A DNA stretch of 64,000 bases from Chrysomallon squamiferum (GCA_012295275.1 CM022670.1:21142001-21206000); one strand, 5' to 3'; positions 1 through 13,597 are shown, counted from the stretch's first letter. Translations and numbers: made by a program. Notes: generated by a model from the sequence alone, not told the origin.

Positions 1-1
1 G

Positions 2-1231
2 TTGAAGGAGATATGTGAGGCTGTGAAGAAAAATGATCTAACAAATCTGAAATTTCTGCTGGAAAGTCAACCAGACATTAATCGTGTTTCTGAAGATGAC
101 CGAATTCCTGCACTGGCTTTGGCTTGTTCCCGTGGCAACATCGAAGCTGTTAAATTGTTAATAAACTCAGGGGCTGACGTGAACTGTCCAGGGCCAGATG
201 GGAGAACATCTTTGCACTATGCCTGTGGTGAAGAAGATCATAAACCTGAACTGCTGCAGATATTGGACATACTCATAGAACATGGTGCTGATGTTAATGA
301 AACTGATAACATGGGTTGCACTCCATTGTATTATGCCTGTCAAGCTGATGATACAAAGATGGTGCACAGACTTATTGAGGAGGGATGTTCTATTAATACA
401 AAAACAGTTGAAGGTGACTCTCCAATGAAGGTTGCATGCAGAAATGCAGAATACTGGTTCTTCTGGAAGGGTAGAGATATTCATGGAACATCCTGCACAC
501 CAGTAGATCCAAACAAATTTGCTCCAGTTCAGATAATCAAACTTCTTCTGCAGAATGGTTCTGATCCTGGTGAAGCAACTTTCTTACCGACTGCTGTCCT
601 GTTTGGGGCAGTGAACCTAGTCAAAGAACTTCTTAGCTTCAATATGAATGTCAACATGATGGACCAGTCGGAGAGACTTCCTCTTGGATGTGCATGTTCA
701 TCTGCTACAGTTGATGCCAGTGTTGTCGAAATGCTTCTGAAGCATGGAGCAGATGTGAACAAAGGTGGAGGATGGAGGAAGCAGAAACCAGTGATTTTTG
801 CATATGCTCACAATTCGGTTGAAAAAATACGTCTGCTCTTGTCATACGGTGCTGAAATAACCAGTGATGAAATGACAGATCTTGTGTCACTTAGTCTTTC
901 AAAATCAGTTCTGGAAAATCCAGAAGTTATCTCCCCTTCCAGCAAAGAGCTCATTTCATGGCGTCTGCTTCTTGCTGCTGGATTCCGTCCTGTTATAGGG
1001 GGTTCACTGCAAGGGAAGATCCACAAACTGACCATCTGCAGTAGTTATGATAAGATTTCTTCATGGATTCCTACTTTGTTATCGCCTATACACACACTTG
1101 CTGAGTGTTGTAGAATTAGAATTCGTCACAGTTTGCCTCTGAGTATCGATGAAAATGTAGAAAAACTGCCACTTCCACCACGTGTTAAAAAATTCTTACA
1201 GTTCAGAGAACCCAAATTTTCTTTATCTTAA
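2..1231 (+). CDS. Ankyrin repeat and SOCS box-containing (ASB-family) protein; 5'-truncated, one uninterrupted terminal exon
   Basis: 409-codon open frame ending in TAA at 1229-1231. Contains multiple ankyrin repeats (ALALACSRGNIEAVKLLINSGADVN, GRTSLHYAC...LIEHGADVN, GCTPLYYAC, LLKHGADVN, LLLSYGA) and a C-terminal SOCS box (BC box TLAECCRIRIR, cullin box LPLPPRVKKFL). The first codon is TTG, so the real start or splice acceptor lies outside the window. A specific ASB paralogue cannot be assigned. Confidence 0.95.
   Translation: MKEICEAVKKNDLTNLKFLLESQPDINRVSEDDRIPALALACSRGNIEAVKLLINSGADVNCPGPDGRTSLHYACGEEDHKPELLQILDILIEHGADVNETDNMGCTPLYYACQADDTKMVHRLIEEGCSINTKTVEGDSPMKVACRNAEYWFFWKGRDIHGTSCTPVDPNKFAPVQIIKLLLQNGSDPGEATFLPTAVLFGAVNLVKELLSFNMNVNMMDQSERLPLGCACSSATVDASVVEMLLKHGADVNKGGGWRKQKPVIFAYAHNSVEKIRLLLSYGAEITSDEMTDLVSLSLSKSVLENPEVISPSSKELISWRLLLAAGFRPVIGGSLQGKIHKLTICSSYDKISSWIPTLLSPIHTLAECCRIRIRHSLPLSIDENVEKLPLPPRVKKFLQFREPKFSLS
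1085..1204 (+). other. SOCS box domain (Elongin B/C and Cullin-5 adaptor motif)
   Basis: PIHTLAECCRIRIRHSL...VEKLPLPPRVKKFLQF matches (S/T)LxxxCRxxI and LPxP-x-x-x-x-x-L. Confidence 0.9.
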
Positions 1232-1753
1232 CAAAAATTGAAATTGAAGTTATTATTAAAGTTATTATTAAAATAATCTTCTGATACATCCTGCCTGTGA
1301 AAACACCTAAAATGTAGTTTTGTTGCCTTTATAGGTTATATATTTACATAATTACAAAATCACATGGCCTTACTTAATGTGATATATCTAATAATGGATA
1401 AAGCAAAAACTATTTCAATTTATTATTACTAATTCATTTTTTGTAATTCATCTGTGAAAAGAACTTGGGGAAAAATCCCAGCAATTCAGAGTAAGTCAAC
1501 TATTATTATCTTTTACAGTTTTTCACCACCAGCAATTCAAATTAAATTGGCAATGCATTTTCAAATCCAAAACTATACATATAACGGTAAATTATTTAAT
1601 GTATATTGTTTAAAACAAGTTTTAATTTAATATCCTGCATGACAGTCTTTATTTTGTATATTTTGTAATTTGTGATGAAATTTAATTTATCTAATTTGCA
1701 AAAAGTAAAGCAAAATGTTCATCTATAGTTTTAATAATAATCATATATATATA

Positions 1754-1811
<58 letters not shown>

Positions 1812-2067
1812 TAGGGTGTCTGTAAAGTTACTGTACAGTTATTTGTAATAAAGAAATATCAATGGTTAGACTAAAGAAGATTTCAGAAAATAAATGTATT
1901 ACATGAGAAAATATTGTAACACTATAAGCAATCAATTTTATTTACTGCAGTTAAGATAAATGTTCGAATATTTTATAGAGTTGTTTTTAGTATGCCTATT
2001 TAATAGTTGTTTTCAGCTTATCTGTGTAGTAACGTTACAGGACACCCTTCACACACACACACACACA

Positions 2068-2102
<35 letters not shown>

Positions 2103-4166
2103 GCATTAATAAGTCATCTTGGAGATACTTTAGAATATGAGTTGCAGGGCTCTATCTTGTACAGTTTCAAGTTTGTTTACATAATTTATTCTTTTGCTAA
2201 AATTTAATTCTTTAAAATATTTGAAATGACCTAAAATGATTAATAGGATCTTTAAATATAATATATTTAACCATATTATGGTTTCATTATTATATTTTAA
2301 ATTTGATTTCATAAAAAATTGTATTTCATGAATAAACATAACACAAAAAAAACCCCAGTGAAATTACTTTTTAAATAAAATGGAAATAAATCTGTAATAA
2401 AAGAAATTTTTTTCAGTTACCAAAACCAAATTTTTTTTTTAGATGATCACTCAGAACAAATGGTACATTGCAGTCCCAGTTTGGCCAATATAATGACTGA
2501 CTAACCTTTTTGTGATCATGTGCCAAAACTGAAGATGTGCCATTTGGAATTTTAATGTTTTCTGTTGCTTATGTTTAAATTGTTTATTTTTACTGACATC
2601 ATTAATCTGAAATAAGTATGAATTTATTATATAAAGTTTAAAACATATCTTAAGTAACTGAGCTTTAATATAATCAGGGTTCTATTTTTTTTATTTTAAT
2701 AATTTTTTTCTTTCTTGTTTTTATAGTACTAATTCTGAATGACTATATAAACAGACTATTATATTTTTTAAATGTCAGCAATTCAGAATGACATAAAACA
2801 ATGTTTGTATTTTTTCAGTAATGTTTGCTTTATTTTAAATTTGTGTTTGGCTATCATTAATTATTAATTAATTATTTATTCACCACATTAAGCAGATTTT
2901 CTGATTTCAAACATTTCTTATTAGTAGATTAATTAACGTTATGCCTTTTCTATAATCATGTTTGATTTGTGTTCATTAAATAAGTATTTGTTTTCTTATA
3001 CTGTTGTGAAGCATGAATATGATGGAACAATAAGCAAATAAATATCAATAAAGTCTTCAAAGAAAATGATAATTCTGAGACTAAATATTTATTTGGAATT
3101 CATTATTAATAACTAATAATAATAATACTAGTTACTGTGTTTATCATTGTGATTTAAATCTTTACAATGAACTGCTGCTAGTAAAACAAGTACAAAGTAT
3201 ATCTGTGTGATATTATTTCATAATATGAAATGGTTTGTACAGTTGATATGGATTATCTCCCTTAGACCCTTTACTTTCACTGCATTGACAATCTGGTTTT
3301 TTGGGGGTTATTTTTATTTTATATTTTTAGTTTAAATTATGTTTTCCTTTTTTTTTCTAGCAAACCTAAAATTGACTATAGCTTTTGGTGTGATATATAA
3401 AATAGTTATTTAATGTAGATATTCTAAACATTATACAACAACATTAACAATGTAGTGTGGAAAATGAACTAACAAAACTTGAAACTTTTATTAATATTAA
3501 AAGTTTTATAATTATTAAAATGAAAAATATATCCTTTTATTTTATAATCATAATCTATTGTGATATAAATTAAGAGACAGAAATGATAATTCAAGGTAAT
3601 TTGTAGATTTCTTCTCAAAGTCTTAATATACAGACAGATGTCTCAGATCTTGCTCAAACAATCTAACCATGTGGATTATCTAGGTTGGTGTTAAAATGTT
3701 AGGTAACAAGACAAATTAAATGGCTTATGCAGCTGTCTCTAAAAAGCTCTTGATGATGTGTGGTTTTAAGGATTTGATTGATGTATCTGTATCCTTTATA
3801 TGCAGGGTGTAATGTATAAAAATTAATTCAATGTATAGAGTTGATATCAAGACACAACAACTTCTGATCATGAAACATGAAATAAGACTTTTTGTTATTA
3901 TAAGTCTTGCATTTATAATTTACAAATGACTCACTGAAATTTTTTCTATTGTGTTTTCTTCCACATATATATTTATAAAACAAGAGGAAAATATATGCAT
4001 GGATACAAGTGAAAAATATTTAAATCCTTTCAGTTATTGCTTTGTTATTACTACTTTTTTTAAAATCTGTTATTGTTAAGTGTTTGAGAAAAATCTGAAA
4101 ATAATATCATTTTAATTGATATTTAACATTTTGCTGTATTTTTTTAAAAATCACATTATGATTATG

Positions 4167-4214
<48 letters not shown>

Positions 4215-5640
4215 GTTGTTGTTGTGCAGATACCTAATCATCTGGTACTTATCTGGCAAGGTAAATTCTTTTATCAGTATTTTTCAAAAATAATGAGCAG
4301 TTTATACTTAATTATAGAAAATATGATACTGAAAAGAATGTTAATTTTTTGTTTTTAAACAAAAATTGCATCAAGCTTTAAATAGAACTTAATAAGCTAC
4401 ATATTTATAAAAAAATATTTTAACAGAATTTGTGTATTGTTATTTCTTTTCTTTTGCCTTGGTATTAATAACATTGTTATCATTATAACCATAAATATCA
4501 TTATCACTATTATTCTTCACATATATTTTATAATACTGTACTCATTCTGTAATGTAACCAAGCAATATTATGCAGAATGTTTCATCACAACTGATGTTTT
4601 AAATTTATGTTATTCATGCAATACTTGATTATCTGCATTGATAAAATTGCATTTGAGTGCTGAAATGTTTTTACATTTTTTAAATATATTTTTGAATATA
4701 TGATTTATGAGAAAGTTTTAGTTAAATCATATATATATATATATGGATGCTTTAATCAGAAATGTCATCATGTTTCAATAATTGACAATAAGTTTTGTTT
4801 CATTTGAAAATTTTATTGCTTTATTTAAAATATAGCTTTTGGTTAAATGTGTGTATGAATGATTTATTCAGAAATGTCATGATTAGGCCTTGAATAAAAC
4901 ACTTACGTCAATAATATTATATATATATATTTTACTGTTTTTTTCTTTAACTTTTATTTTGTGATTAAGGACATCCATTTAATTATATATGTTGTTCACT
5001 GTAGTTATGCATCTAAACTTACTGCCAGTTTTGTATGTTAATGAGAAACAAAAGTAAAAGAAAAACATAATGCCCCTAAAAGGTCAGTGTGTTACAAATT
5101 TAGATTTTTTTCAACTGAATATATTTTGTAGATTAAAGTATTTGCAATAAATAAGGCATTTTTCCCATGGTGCACCATGATTAGGGCATACAAAATATCT
5201 TTTTTTTTTTTTAAATTCTCATAAATGTGAGATTGGCAGTTTGTTTGTGACTGTGATGATGTAATTTTATTAAGCTTTATTTGAAAGTGTATTGCATGTT
5301 GTGATCATAATTTTATAAGCTGAATGAGAATTAATGAAATGTTGAGTGCATAATTTGAAACAGTTCTGCCAGTGTTTTCACTGAATGCTTTTTTTGATGG
5401 AGAAAAGAAAAATAAAAACATATTGGTTAACTTTTTTTTCCCACCTTTCTTTTCTTTCTTCTTGTGTTTTTAATTTTTGATCACTTTTTTTTTTTTTTAC
5501 CTTTTCTTTTTATCCTTTTTTTTTTTTTTTTTATATTCTTTAATTCATTAACTCGGTGCTGTTTTGTGATCAAAGTAAAATGGCGTTGATATCTGTGATT
5601 ATATAAAATAAATTAAACAAGTGATTAATACATTTTCTTC
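1232..5640 (+). other. Probable long 3' UTR of the ASB gene
   Basis: Very AT-rich, no ORF, almost no CpG (about 5 by hand count in 1232-5550). Ends at an AATAAA plus downstream T/GT-rich tract, exactly where CpG density jumps. Earlier AATAAA sites also exist (e.g. ~3047, ~4893, ~5146). Confidence 0.55.
1812..2049. mobile_element. Non-autonomous Tc1/mariner-type MITE (~238 bp)
   Basis: Terminal inverted repeats: left AGGGTGTC-TGTAAAGTTACTGTACAG; reverse complement of right end AGGGTGTCCTGTAACGTTACTACACAG. CAGGGTG-like termini are typical of mariner elements. Sits within TA/CA microsatellite. Confidence 0.75.
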
Positions 5641-5660
5641 AGTTTTGTTTGTTGTGTCAA
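5607..5660 (+). terminator. Candidate polyadenylation signal with downstream GU/U-rich element
   Basis: AATAAA at 5607-5612, CA at 5631-5632, then TTTTCTTCAGTTTTGTTTGTTGTGT. Confidence 0.45.
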
Positions 5661-6448
5661 CAACAGGGAATCAGAAACAACAATGAAAACAGTTTCATAA
5701 AATATTTGTAATAGAGTATCCTCCCTTATCACCCTCGTAGCGACGCACTTTGGACCACTGGACGTTTTTGTTTCATCCAGCAAATTACAAATGTTTGGAT
5801 CCTGGAAATAACTAAATAACTATTTAAAAGCATGAGATCTGAGATAAAACCAAGTAGTAGCATTTCTAATTATTAAAATAGGCTTTATCTTCATTCGTAG
5901 AGTGATAAAAGTTCTATAGAACACGACGTTTTAAAAATACTTATTTTCTTTACGACAATTATTGGTCTACGATAACTTCACGAAATTACAACCAGTTTTG
6001 AAGGATGTGTCCATTCCTCTTGTGTATTTTTTTCCATTTCGATTTTTTATTAAAAAAATGTAAAAATATATTTTTTTAAAACGACCATTAGCTAACTATA
6101 ATTTACCATTTTGTTGTTTTTAAATTTTAAAATCTTACTTGTCAAGTGGTTTTCATTATTTCTTTATTTGACAAACTAGTTTATTTTAAACAAAAGAAAT
6201 GAACATTCGAGTTACGTGATTTGATTTCGAAATGACAGAAGCTTGCATTTTATAAATGTACGTTTCAACCGTTTTTCTTTTTATAAATAACAGAAATTAC
6301 TTTCATCATACTATGAAGAATTTCGAATGACTTTCACATACAGAGGCACTAAAAAAAACGTAATTGTTATAAAAAAATATCAGATGAATGCTTCAGATTC
6401 AGTTTCAGATTTTAACATTAAAAGAAAAAAAATCATAATTATAAAGAA

Positions 6449-6511
<63 letters not shown>

Positions 6512-8362
6512 GAAAAGGAAAGGAAAATCAAATTTAAAAAAATATATATATATATATATTTTTCATTTTATTTTCATTCTTTGAAATTGCATTCCGCTTC
6601 CAAATCTCTCAACGTGTGGAATATAAACAGTTCATACTCTAGATGACACCATTTATTACTCGGTAACACCATAAGATAACCACTCTTAATCAAATCAACA
6701 CCAAGCACGAAAGAATATTATTTGAACTCGCATGGATCAAAACAGCTCTTGATCTGAACAGAATCAGCTTTACAGACAACATCGTGGAACAATCTAACAA
6801 CCTGGAACAGTCTGTTAACTGCGGTTTATTTCAAATGCACTCTTTGCAGCTGTTTTTGACGTTGCCAGCAGGGTTGGCTTGCTTTTCACCACTCGTTTCC
6901 AGATCTGAATGACTCTGTGGTACAGACTTAATTGGCAATACGATTCCGAATGTTGCTGGCGATTTTGACTTTGTTCATTTAGAAATACTCCCAAGGCTGT
7001 CTGCGTCTTCCAAGAAACTTTATATTTTAACGGATTGTTTCAATATTTTTGATTAAGCCAGACTAAACTAACCAATAATAATACTAAAAACAAGAAACAA
7101 ACACCAACACTGCGTTCCAGGTACTAAGGTGAATCTAGAAAGACCGATGTTCTGACATTTTGTCGTCAGCTAAACCGTTACTGCTATATTAAATCATTAC
7201 TATATATATAAATCCACAAAATTATTTAACAACAGCAAAAACAGAAATAAAAGAAAACACAACAACAAATTGTTCTTGAAATGCATCGATTTTCTTCAAC
7301 ATTTGTGAACGATGCTTTTATCTTTGTTGATATTCTTAGTTTTGTGTTCAGTGTTATTTCTGAATAACTTAATCATTTATTTTGGTGATGGTCACATACT
7401 TACACATACCTTCTAATTGTTTTTCTTTCTTTTTTCAAATGCACAATTTCCTTTTCGTTTAAAATATTGTTATGGTAAGTTACACGCGCATTCGTTGTAC
7501 AATGTCATTACATCTTCTGGCGAACGATCTTTTATGTTGTCTTTATTTTTCTTTCTTCTTATAAAAATCGTGTCTGTATGATAGTTTCGTCTTATTGCTG
7601 ATTTTAAACAAACCGTCTCATACTGTCATGGTAACCAGCTGTGTGTAGATCGCGTGTCCGGAAAAATCTATCAGAAAGTAAAATGGCCTTTGGCTAATAT
7701 CCCTGAATAAAGACGACGGAAATGCAATTGTATGTTAAAGCCATTTCAACATCTAAATAGTGACTTTATTAAAAAAAAAAAAAAAAAAAAAATAGAAGAA
7801 GAAGAAAAATAAGAAAAATATACCGTTAATTATCAGAATAAAAACTTGATTATCAAAGACTAACGCACGAAATACTTAGAGCGCCTGAAAGTCAAAGAAG
7901 GGAGGTAATTCAAATTAAACGATAAACAGTTCAATCGATGGTACAGAATGTTCAAGATTTGCTAATTATAATTATTAATGCATTAAAAGATTGTGACAGG
8001 AAAAGGGGACCTATGATTTGGTTTATAAACCTCTAATGAAATTTATTAATAAGCTACCTACATAGAGGTTTCTAATGTAAAAGAACAATAACAAGGTATT
8101 ATAAAGGTTTCTTGATAAATTACCGCCGGTTCGTACTACCTAATTCAGTTGATAATTTTAAGAAACTATTTTTAATTTAATTTTACACTGCATTATTGTT
8201 ATTGTTGTTATTGCTGTTGTTGATGTTGTTGTTGTTGTTGTTATTATTATTGTGAAAAAAGGTGTTACAGTTCGTATGAATATAGTATGAAATATATATT
8301 TTTTTTAAATTCTAATTTTAACGTGAATAATACATTAGCATATAACTGTGTTTATAGTCGAA

Positions 8363-8397
<35 letters not shown>

Positions 8398-8810
8398 ATA
8401 TTTAATGATGAAGACGGTAAAAAGCTAGAAAGAAAGAAGGAAATGATCACTATATTTCCCTTTCTCATAAAGTAAAGACAAACATAATATATGTGATTTT
8501 AGAAACGAAAATTTATCAAGTTATTAAAACTTGTTTATTTAAACAGATATACAAGCCATTGTCTGAAATACATCAGAGAATATCAGTAACCTCTGGCTTC
8601 GCTTGAATCTGAAACTTACAAATTGAACATTTTGGATAATCAAAGATTATAGATACCTTAAGCGAAAGCTATTATTTTCATTTCAGTTAAATTTTAACCA
8701 ATATAAAAGTTCTATCCTAAACTAAACTAAACTAAATAATTAATTAACATTTCATTATTACTGGAGTAGATGATATACAGACATTTATAAACGTATAAAC
8801 ATTTTTTTTT

Positions 8811-8952
8811 TTTATTCAACGACGCAATTTTTAATTTTCATTATGGGTCGTATTACATATGGTCAATGAGCACACAAATAACGACAGAAGAAATACACCT
8901 TCGCCATTCAATTAGCGGCAAGGAGTCTATTGTACGTACCTTCCCACAGACA
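8811..8952 (-). mobile_element. Decayed tRNA-derived SINE fragment (family A, 3' part)
   Basis: Shares motifs with other copies in the window: TTCAATTAGCGGCAAG vs TTCGACTGGCAGCAAG at ~47751, and TCCCACAGACA vs TGTCTGTGGA at ~52987 on the opposite strand. Resembles a gastropod SINE recalled from memory, not searched. Confidence 0.55.
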
Positions 8953-9204
8953 TCTCATGCTCGGCTAACAAGTTAGCTACGACGCACTCCACAATATAAA
9001 GAACATTCCGCATTACTTGGATGTTAAAATAATTAGTGCCAAGCCAATTTAGCGACCAGGCTTGCCCTATAGCTTAATACGTTTATAACATTGTCTGTAT
9101 AATTGGCTGCTTGAGAATTGTCGTACTTCTTTTTAAAGTAGTTACAACTTATTAATGAAGTTGTTATCGACTCATCTGACTTACTTCTGTTAGGATGAAA
9201 AATT

Positions 9205-9425
9205 CTATTAATGGAAGGTCAAGACTTCGGCCTTCAGACTGGCAAGCATTGGATCGAATCCCAGAATTTCTCATTGGAGTTAACTTGAAAGCTGTAAGAC
9301 CACTACACACTTTCTTCTTGAACTAATTCTCTAACATACTAACACAATCTTGCACTGATAACAAAGGCTTTTGGTTTGTGTGTCTAAAACAGTTGTATTT
9401 AAACATTCAAAAGATATAAGCATTT
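9205..9425 (+). mobile_element. Decayed tRNA-derived SINE (family B)
   Basis: tRNA-like head GGTCAAGACTTCGGCCTTCAGACTGG with B-box-like GGATCGAATCCC at 9251-9262, then GTAAGACCACTACAC and a CTAAC-rich body. Family assignment is from recall. Confidence 0.55.
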
Positions 9426-9639
9426 CTCGGATTAAGGATTTACTTATTCAGTTATTAGGAGGTGAATTATTGACTGAACGGGTTCAAACCATCCAGATAT
9501 CTTTCCTTTTCTCCATCTTCTTAAAATTAATTTTTATCTTTAAATCATTAAGAAAATCAATAGCATTAAGATAAAAAACATAAAGATAGACTAGACTGGA
9601 AATGAATGGTACAACACTAAACTAAAACAGAATAGAATT

Positions 9640-9722
9640 AACTAAACTAAACTAAACTAAACTAAACTAAACTAAACTAAACTAATCTAAACTAATTAAA
9701 CTCGAATAGACTAAACTAACAC
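9640..9722. repeat. (ACTAA)n pentanucleotide microsatellite
   Basis: Direct reading. Confidence 0.95.
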
Positions 9723-10309
9723 ATAAAATAAACAAATACACAAATCTTTAGAAAGACTTATAAAATGCATTTCCTACTTGCAAATGAATTACCATTGACT
9801 TTAAATTTTTTGAATGCCTATTTTCTCAGGAGTAATATGAGAAAGCAATTCATTACAAACATCGCTCGATTATCAAAATTAATGGCCAACTCCTTATGTA
9901 AATATCTACTCGGAGCTGTTTATTTGAATTATGTACACAAAAGAAAAAAGTCACAAATCATTTAGATTTGTCGTAGACAACAAAAACATCCATCAACATT
10001 TGAGATTAACGTGCTGAAGTTATTTTTCCCAAACATCCTCGTCTGATGCCAAGTTTAACGTTAATAGGAAATCTTGCATTCAAACATGAAGCACAAATCT
10101 GTCTTTGTCAAACGGTAGCAGACGGTATTTGTGTGTTTGTTCATATTTCACTATAATTAACTTTGTCGATTACCCCACCTGATTCTGCAGCCGTCGCCGC
10201 AGTCTGGGCGAATGTGTTTCTTTGCGACCATTACCATATTCTCCTTTTAAAAACTGAATAGACCATGACACTTAATCAATGATAATGTCTTGCTATATTT
10301 CACTATTTG

Positions 10310-10342
<33 letters not shown>

Positions 10343-11543
10343 ACTTTAAAACAGACCACTTAAGAAACATTTTATGTCACTATCGGCAACCATCGGGGTC
10401 GTTATTTTGTCCATGTTTCAAATCTAACTCTTCACGATTGATGGAGAGGCATTTTTTCCTTTGTTTTGTTTTGTCTACAACATTATTAATGTAATTGCCC
10501 CCAGCGATATATCAAAGAGAACGAAAAGAAGTATGGTTTTAAAGAACCTTTTAATAATAATTACCTTAGAACGAAACACAAATAAAACCGCTTTATTGGT
10601 TCTTATAGTCAAACGTTAGTATGAAAGCCAAGAGGAAATTAATAAGGCTTTTGCTTCAAAACGATTAAATGGGAACGCTCATAAGACTTGGAATTTCAGT
10701 TTATTGTGATTGCTGTTTCTGTTGCTGTTGTTATTTTCCTTTCTGTTTATCTAAAGGTTCAGAAGTTAATAGTCGGTAATTATCTGCTGAGCTCGATGAT
10801 TGACAGGATCTTTTCTCCGCAACGAACAAAATGGGTCATATCCAGTTCCAGTCAGTGCCGCAGACTATTTTATCGAGATTTTCTTTGTGGAAATGCATAT
10901 GAAAAGATACCTCACCACTAACCTATAGCAGCACTAGGGCTATGTTATTTACAGTCTGTTGCATAATCACAACAACAACAACAACAACAACAAAAATAAT
11001 AATAATAAAATGTTTTATATATTTATGAATATATACGTATAGGTTTAGGCGACATTAAAGTAATAATCATTATTTTATTTATTTTTAGTTTTACGCTAAA
11101 AACTTCTCAGATAACAGCAGCTCTCTGAAACAAGTTCAATGTGTCGTGTATTGCGTACACCATAAATCCAAGGCGTCAGCTGTAGAAAACGTTTCCAAGG
11201 ATACAACGCAGGGGAAAAAATAAAACTCTGTAAGGAATTATTTATAGATCATCCAGATATCTAAAACGTCAACTGATACAGATGTCTAAGACCTCAGTCA
11301 CAGGTGGACTGCTACAGACATCAGTTACAAAAGAACTGTTTAAGGCATCGGCTGTATAGGAATATAGGAATACTTTTGTCCTCAAAGAAAGCTGCTGAGC
11401 TCATCTTGAACTCAACTATTGTCGTTTCTCTGATGCGAGCGGGCTGCTTTGAATATAATCCTCTTCAATGCATTCTCCTGGTTACTCTTGTTCCACACAG
11501 TGCCATCATAATTAGTTTATTTACAATAACCATGGTATTTGCT

Positions 11544-11700
11544 GTCCTGTATATGAGAAGGTGCCTATCTCTTATTGCTTGCTAATCGATCAGCGAAGTG
11601 GCAACACTGGATGTCATCTCTCGTGCGCTGACTGAAATGTAGGTGACCGCTAATAACGGTTAATAATATAATGTGTTGAGACGTCACTAAAGATTCATTT
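11544..11700 (+). mobile_element. Decayed SINE fragment (family A, 3' part)
   Basis: TTGCTTGCTAATCG...GAAGTGGCAACA...ATAACGGTTAATAATATAATGTGTTGAG; antiparallel similarity to 8811-8952. Confidence 0.5.
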
Positions 11701-12525
11701 TGTTCATTTATTAGTTATCTGTTTGCACCTTGTTATTATTATCAACGTTAATTTCCAGCCCATTCCCGGCAATCACAGTACAATTAGGAGAGAATTCGCG
11801 ACACTGATGAAATGAGTGTCAGCGCTGCAGAAAACGTGCCACAAAATTAAGCACACGTCGTTATATCAACGAGCGCAAATGACTCAGATTGGATATGATG
11901 AAGTCAAATTAGAAACGAGTTGAAGCGGGTCAGGAAGACACCGGTTAACTCGAACATTATTCGCGGCCCAGGAGCGGCTGGCGGATATTGGACACTTAAA
12001 CTGACTGCCGAGAACTCACGTAGGTAGATGTGTGTCAGAAAACGCGTGTTTAGCTTACATACCAATCGTGCGCTAAATTTGATAGGTTAAACTGAAAATG
12101 AGTTAATAATAATAATAATAATAATGACAACATACAACAACAACAATAATGATGATGGTGAAGTCGACGTTGATGATGATAATTATGATAAACTACGATC
12201 ATAATGATGAAATCCTTGACGATGATAAACTACGATCATAACGATGATAATGATAATAAAAAGAATGATCATAATTCACAAACAGGCGTTATTTGCTTTA
12301 AGAAATCAAATAATTAATTAAATAAAAATATCCCGCCCAAAACACCAAACAAATACTCAATAAACAAATAAAAAAAAATAATAAATAAAAATAAAAATAA
12401 TAAAACAAATAAAACAACAATCAAACAATAAATCTGTAAACAAAACACCATCATTTGTAAAAACGCCCCCAAAAAAAAAAAAAAAAAGAAATAAAAAAAA
12501 AAAAAAGAAAAGAAATAAATAAAAG

Positions 12526-12563
<38 letters not shown>

Positions 12564-13597
12564 AAGAATAATAGTAATAATAATGTATTTGTATCGAGTA
12601 TAGAGTTTCAAACAATCTCTGATTAAGTGTGTAATTTTTATTTTAAATTTAGAAATGAGTATGCACTAATACATTATAAATGATATGCTATCCTAATGTT
12701 TATGCTGTAATCATTATCTTCATATCGGCTAACATTATTATTATTATTATTATTATTATGCTGCTGATGATAATTATCATGATGTTGTTCTGAAAATATA
12801 ATAGCTAACTATTAATCATGGAAACCATAAAAAGTTCTTTATGCTTACAATAATTACAAATTTCGTTCAGAGAAAAGCATGGGTTTCCAATTTATTTTCT
12901 TCACGTCTCCGAAACGTTCATCAAACAATAGATATAACCTCACTAATCAAATAATCTGCTCGACCATCAGCTGCTTTCATTGCTTCTGTCAGTTTCATAT
13001 CTCTAATCGGCTTATATGATATTACATTATTACTTTCTTTTCACGTGTAAAACTGTTTACCCTGTCCGTAATCATAATCTGTTTATGCTAATTTCACTTG
13101 GTCGCACGTGAACTAGTAACAACAACAGACGGTAATCGAGACATACGCAAGTGCAAAGAAGAAGAAAAAAAAGAAAAAAAAAGAAAAAAGAAGGAAAATC
13201 TTTTCAATATTTTGCAATCACAATAAATCGATGTTCGGTCAGAAATTTAGGTATTTTATTGGATTATAGGCGACTTTGTTAACGGTTATTGCTGTTCCAG
13301 GTTAGCAGATTGACAAACGGCAGTGAAGCGGCAGTAACAAGTGCATTATTGAATGTCAAGGTCATTCGCCTCAGTTTAAATATCACATTAAATAATTCCA
13401 TCGAAACTCATAAAAGCTCTAGCTTTGTGATCTACGTTATTAGATTATACGTAATTTCAAAAGACGTATTGTCAGCCACGAATGTATTTATCTACTTAAA
13501 TTGTTTAGATGACTGAGCATTTCTAGCGTGATGCATTCCAGTGTAACTTGATGCTATTTTAATGGCTGGTGCAGCTATTATTATTTCAATTTCTCAT

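Noticed and set aside
167-1035. Minus-strand ORFs overlapping the ASB CDS
   Set aside because: Antisense shadows of a real coding exon with no recognisable motifs.
6590-7020. GC-elevated block as a possible terminal exon on the minus strand
   Set aside because: All frames are under 60 codons, with no convincing acceptor and no recognisable protein similarity.
11400-11515. Minus-strand peptide NYDGTVWNKSNQENALKRIIFKAAR faintly resembles the C-terminal region of CR1/L2 LINE ORF2
   Set aside because: Too short and degenerate to support without a TBLASTN or HMM search; flanking frames are closed.
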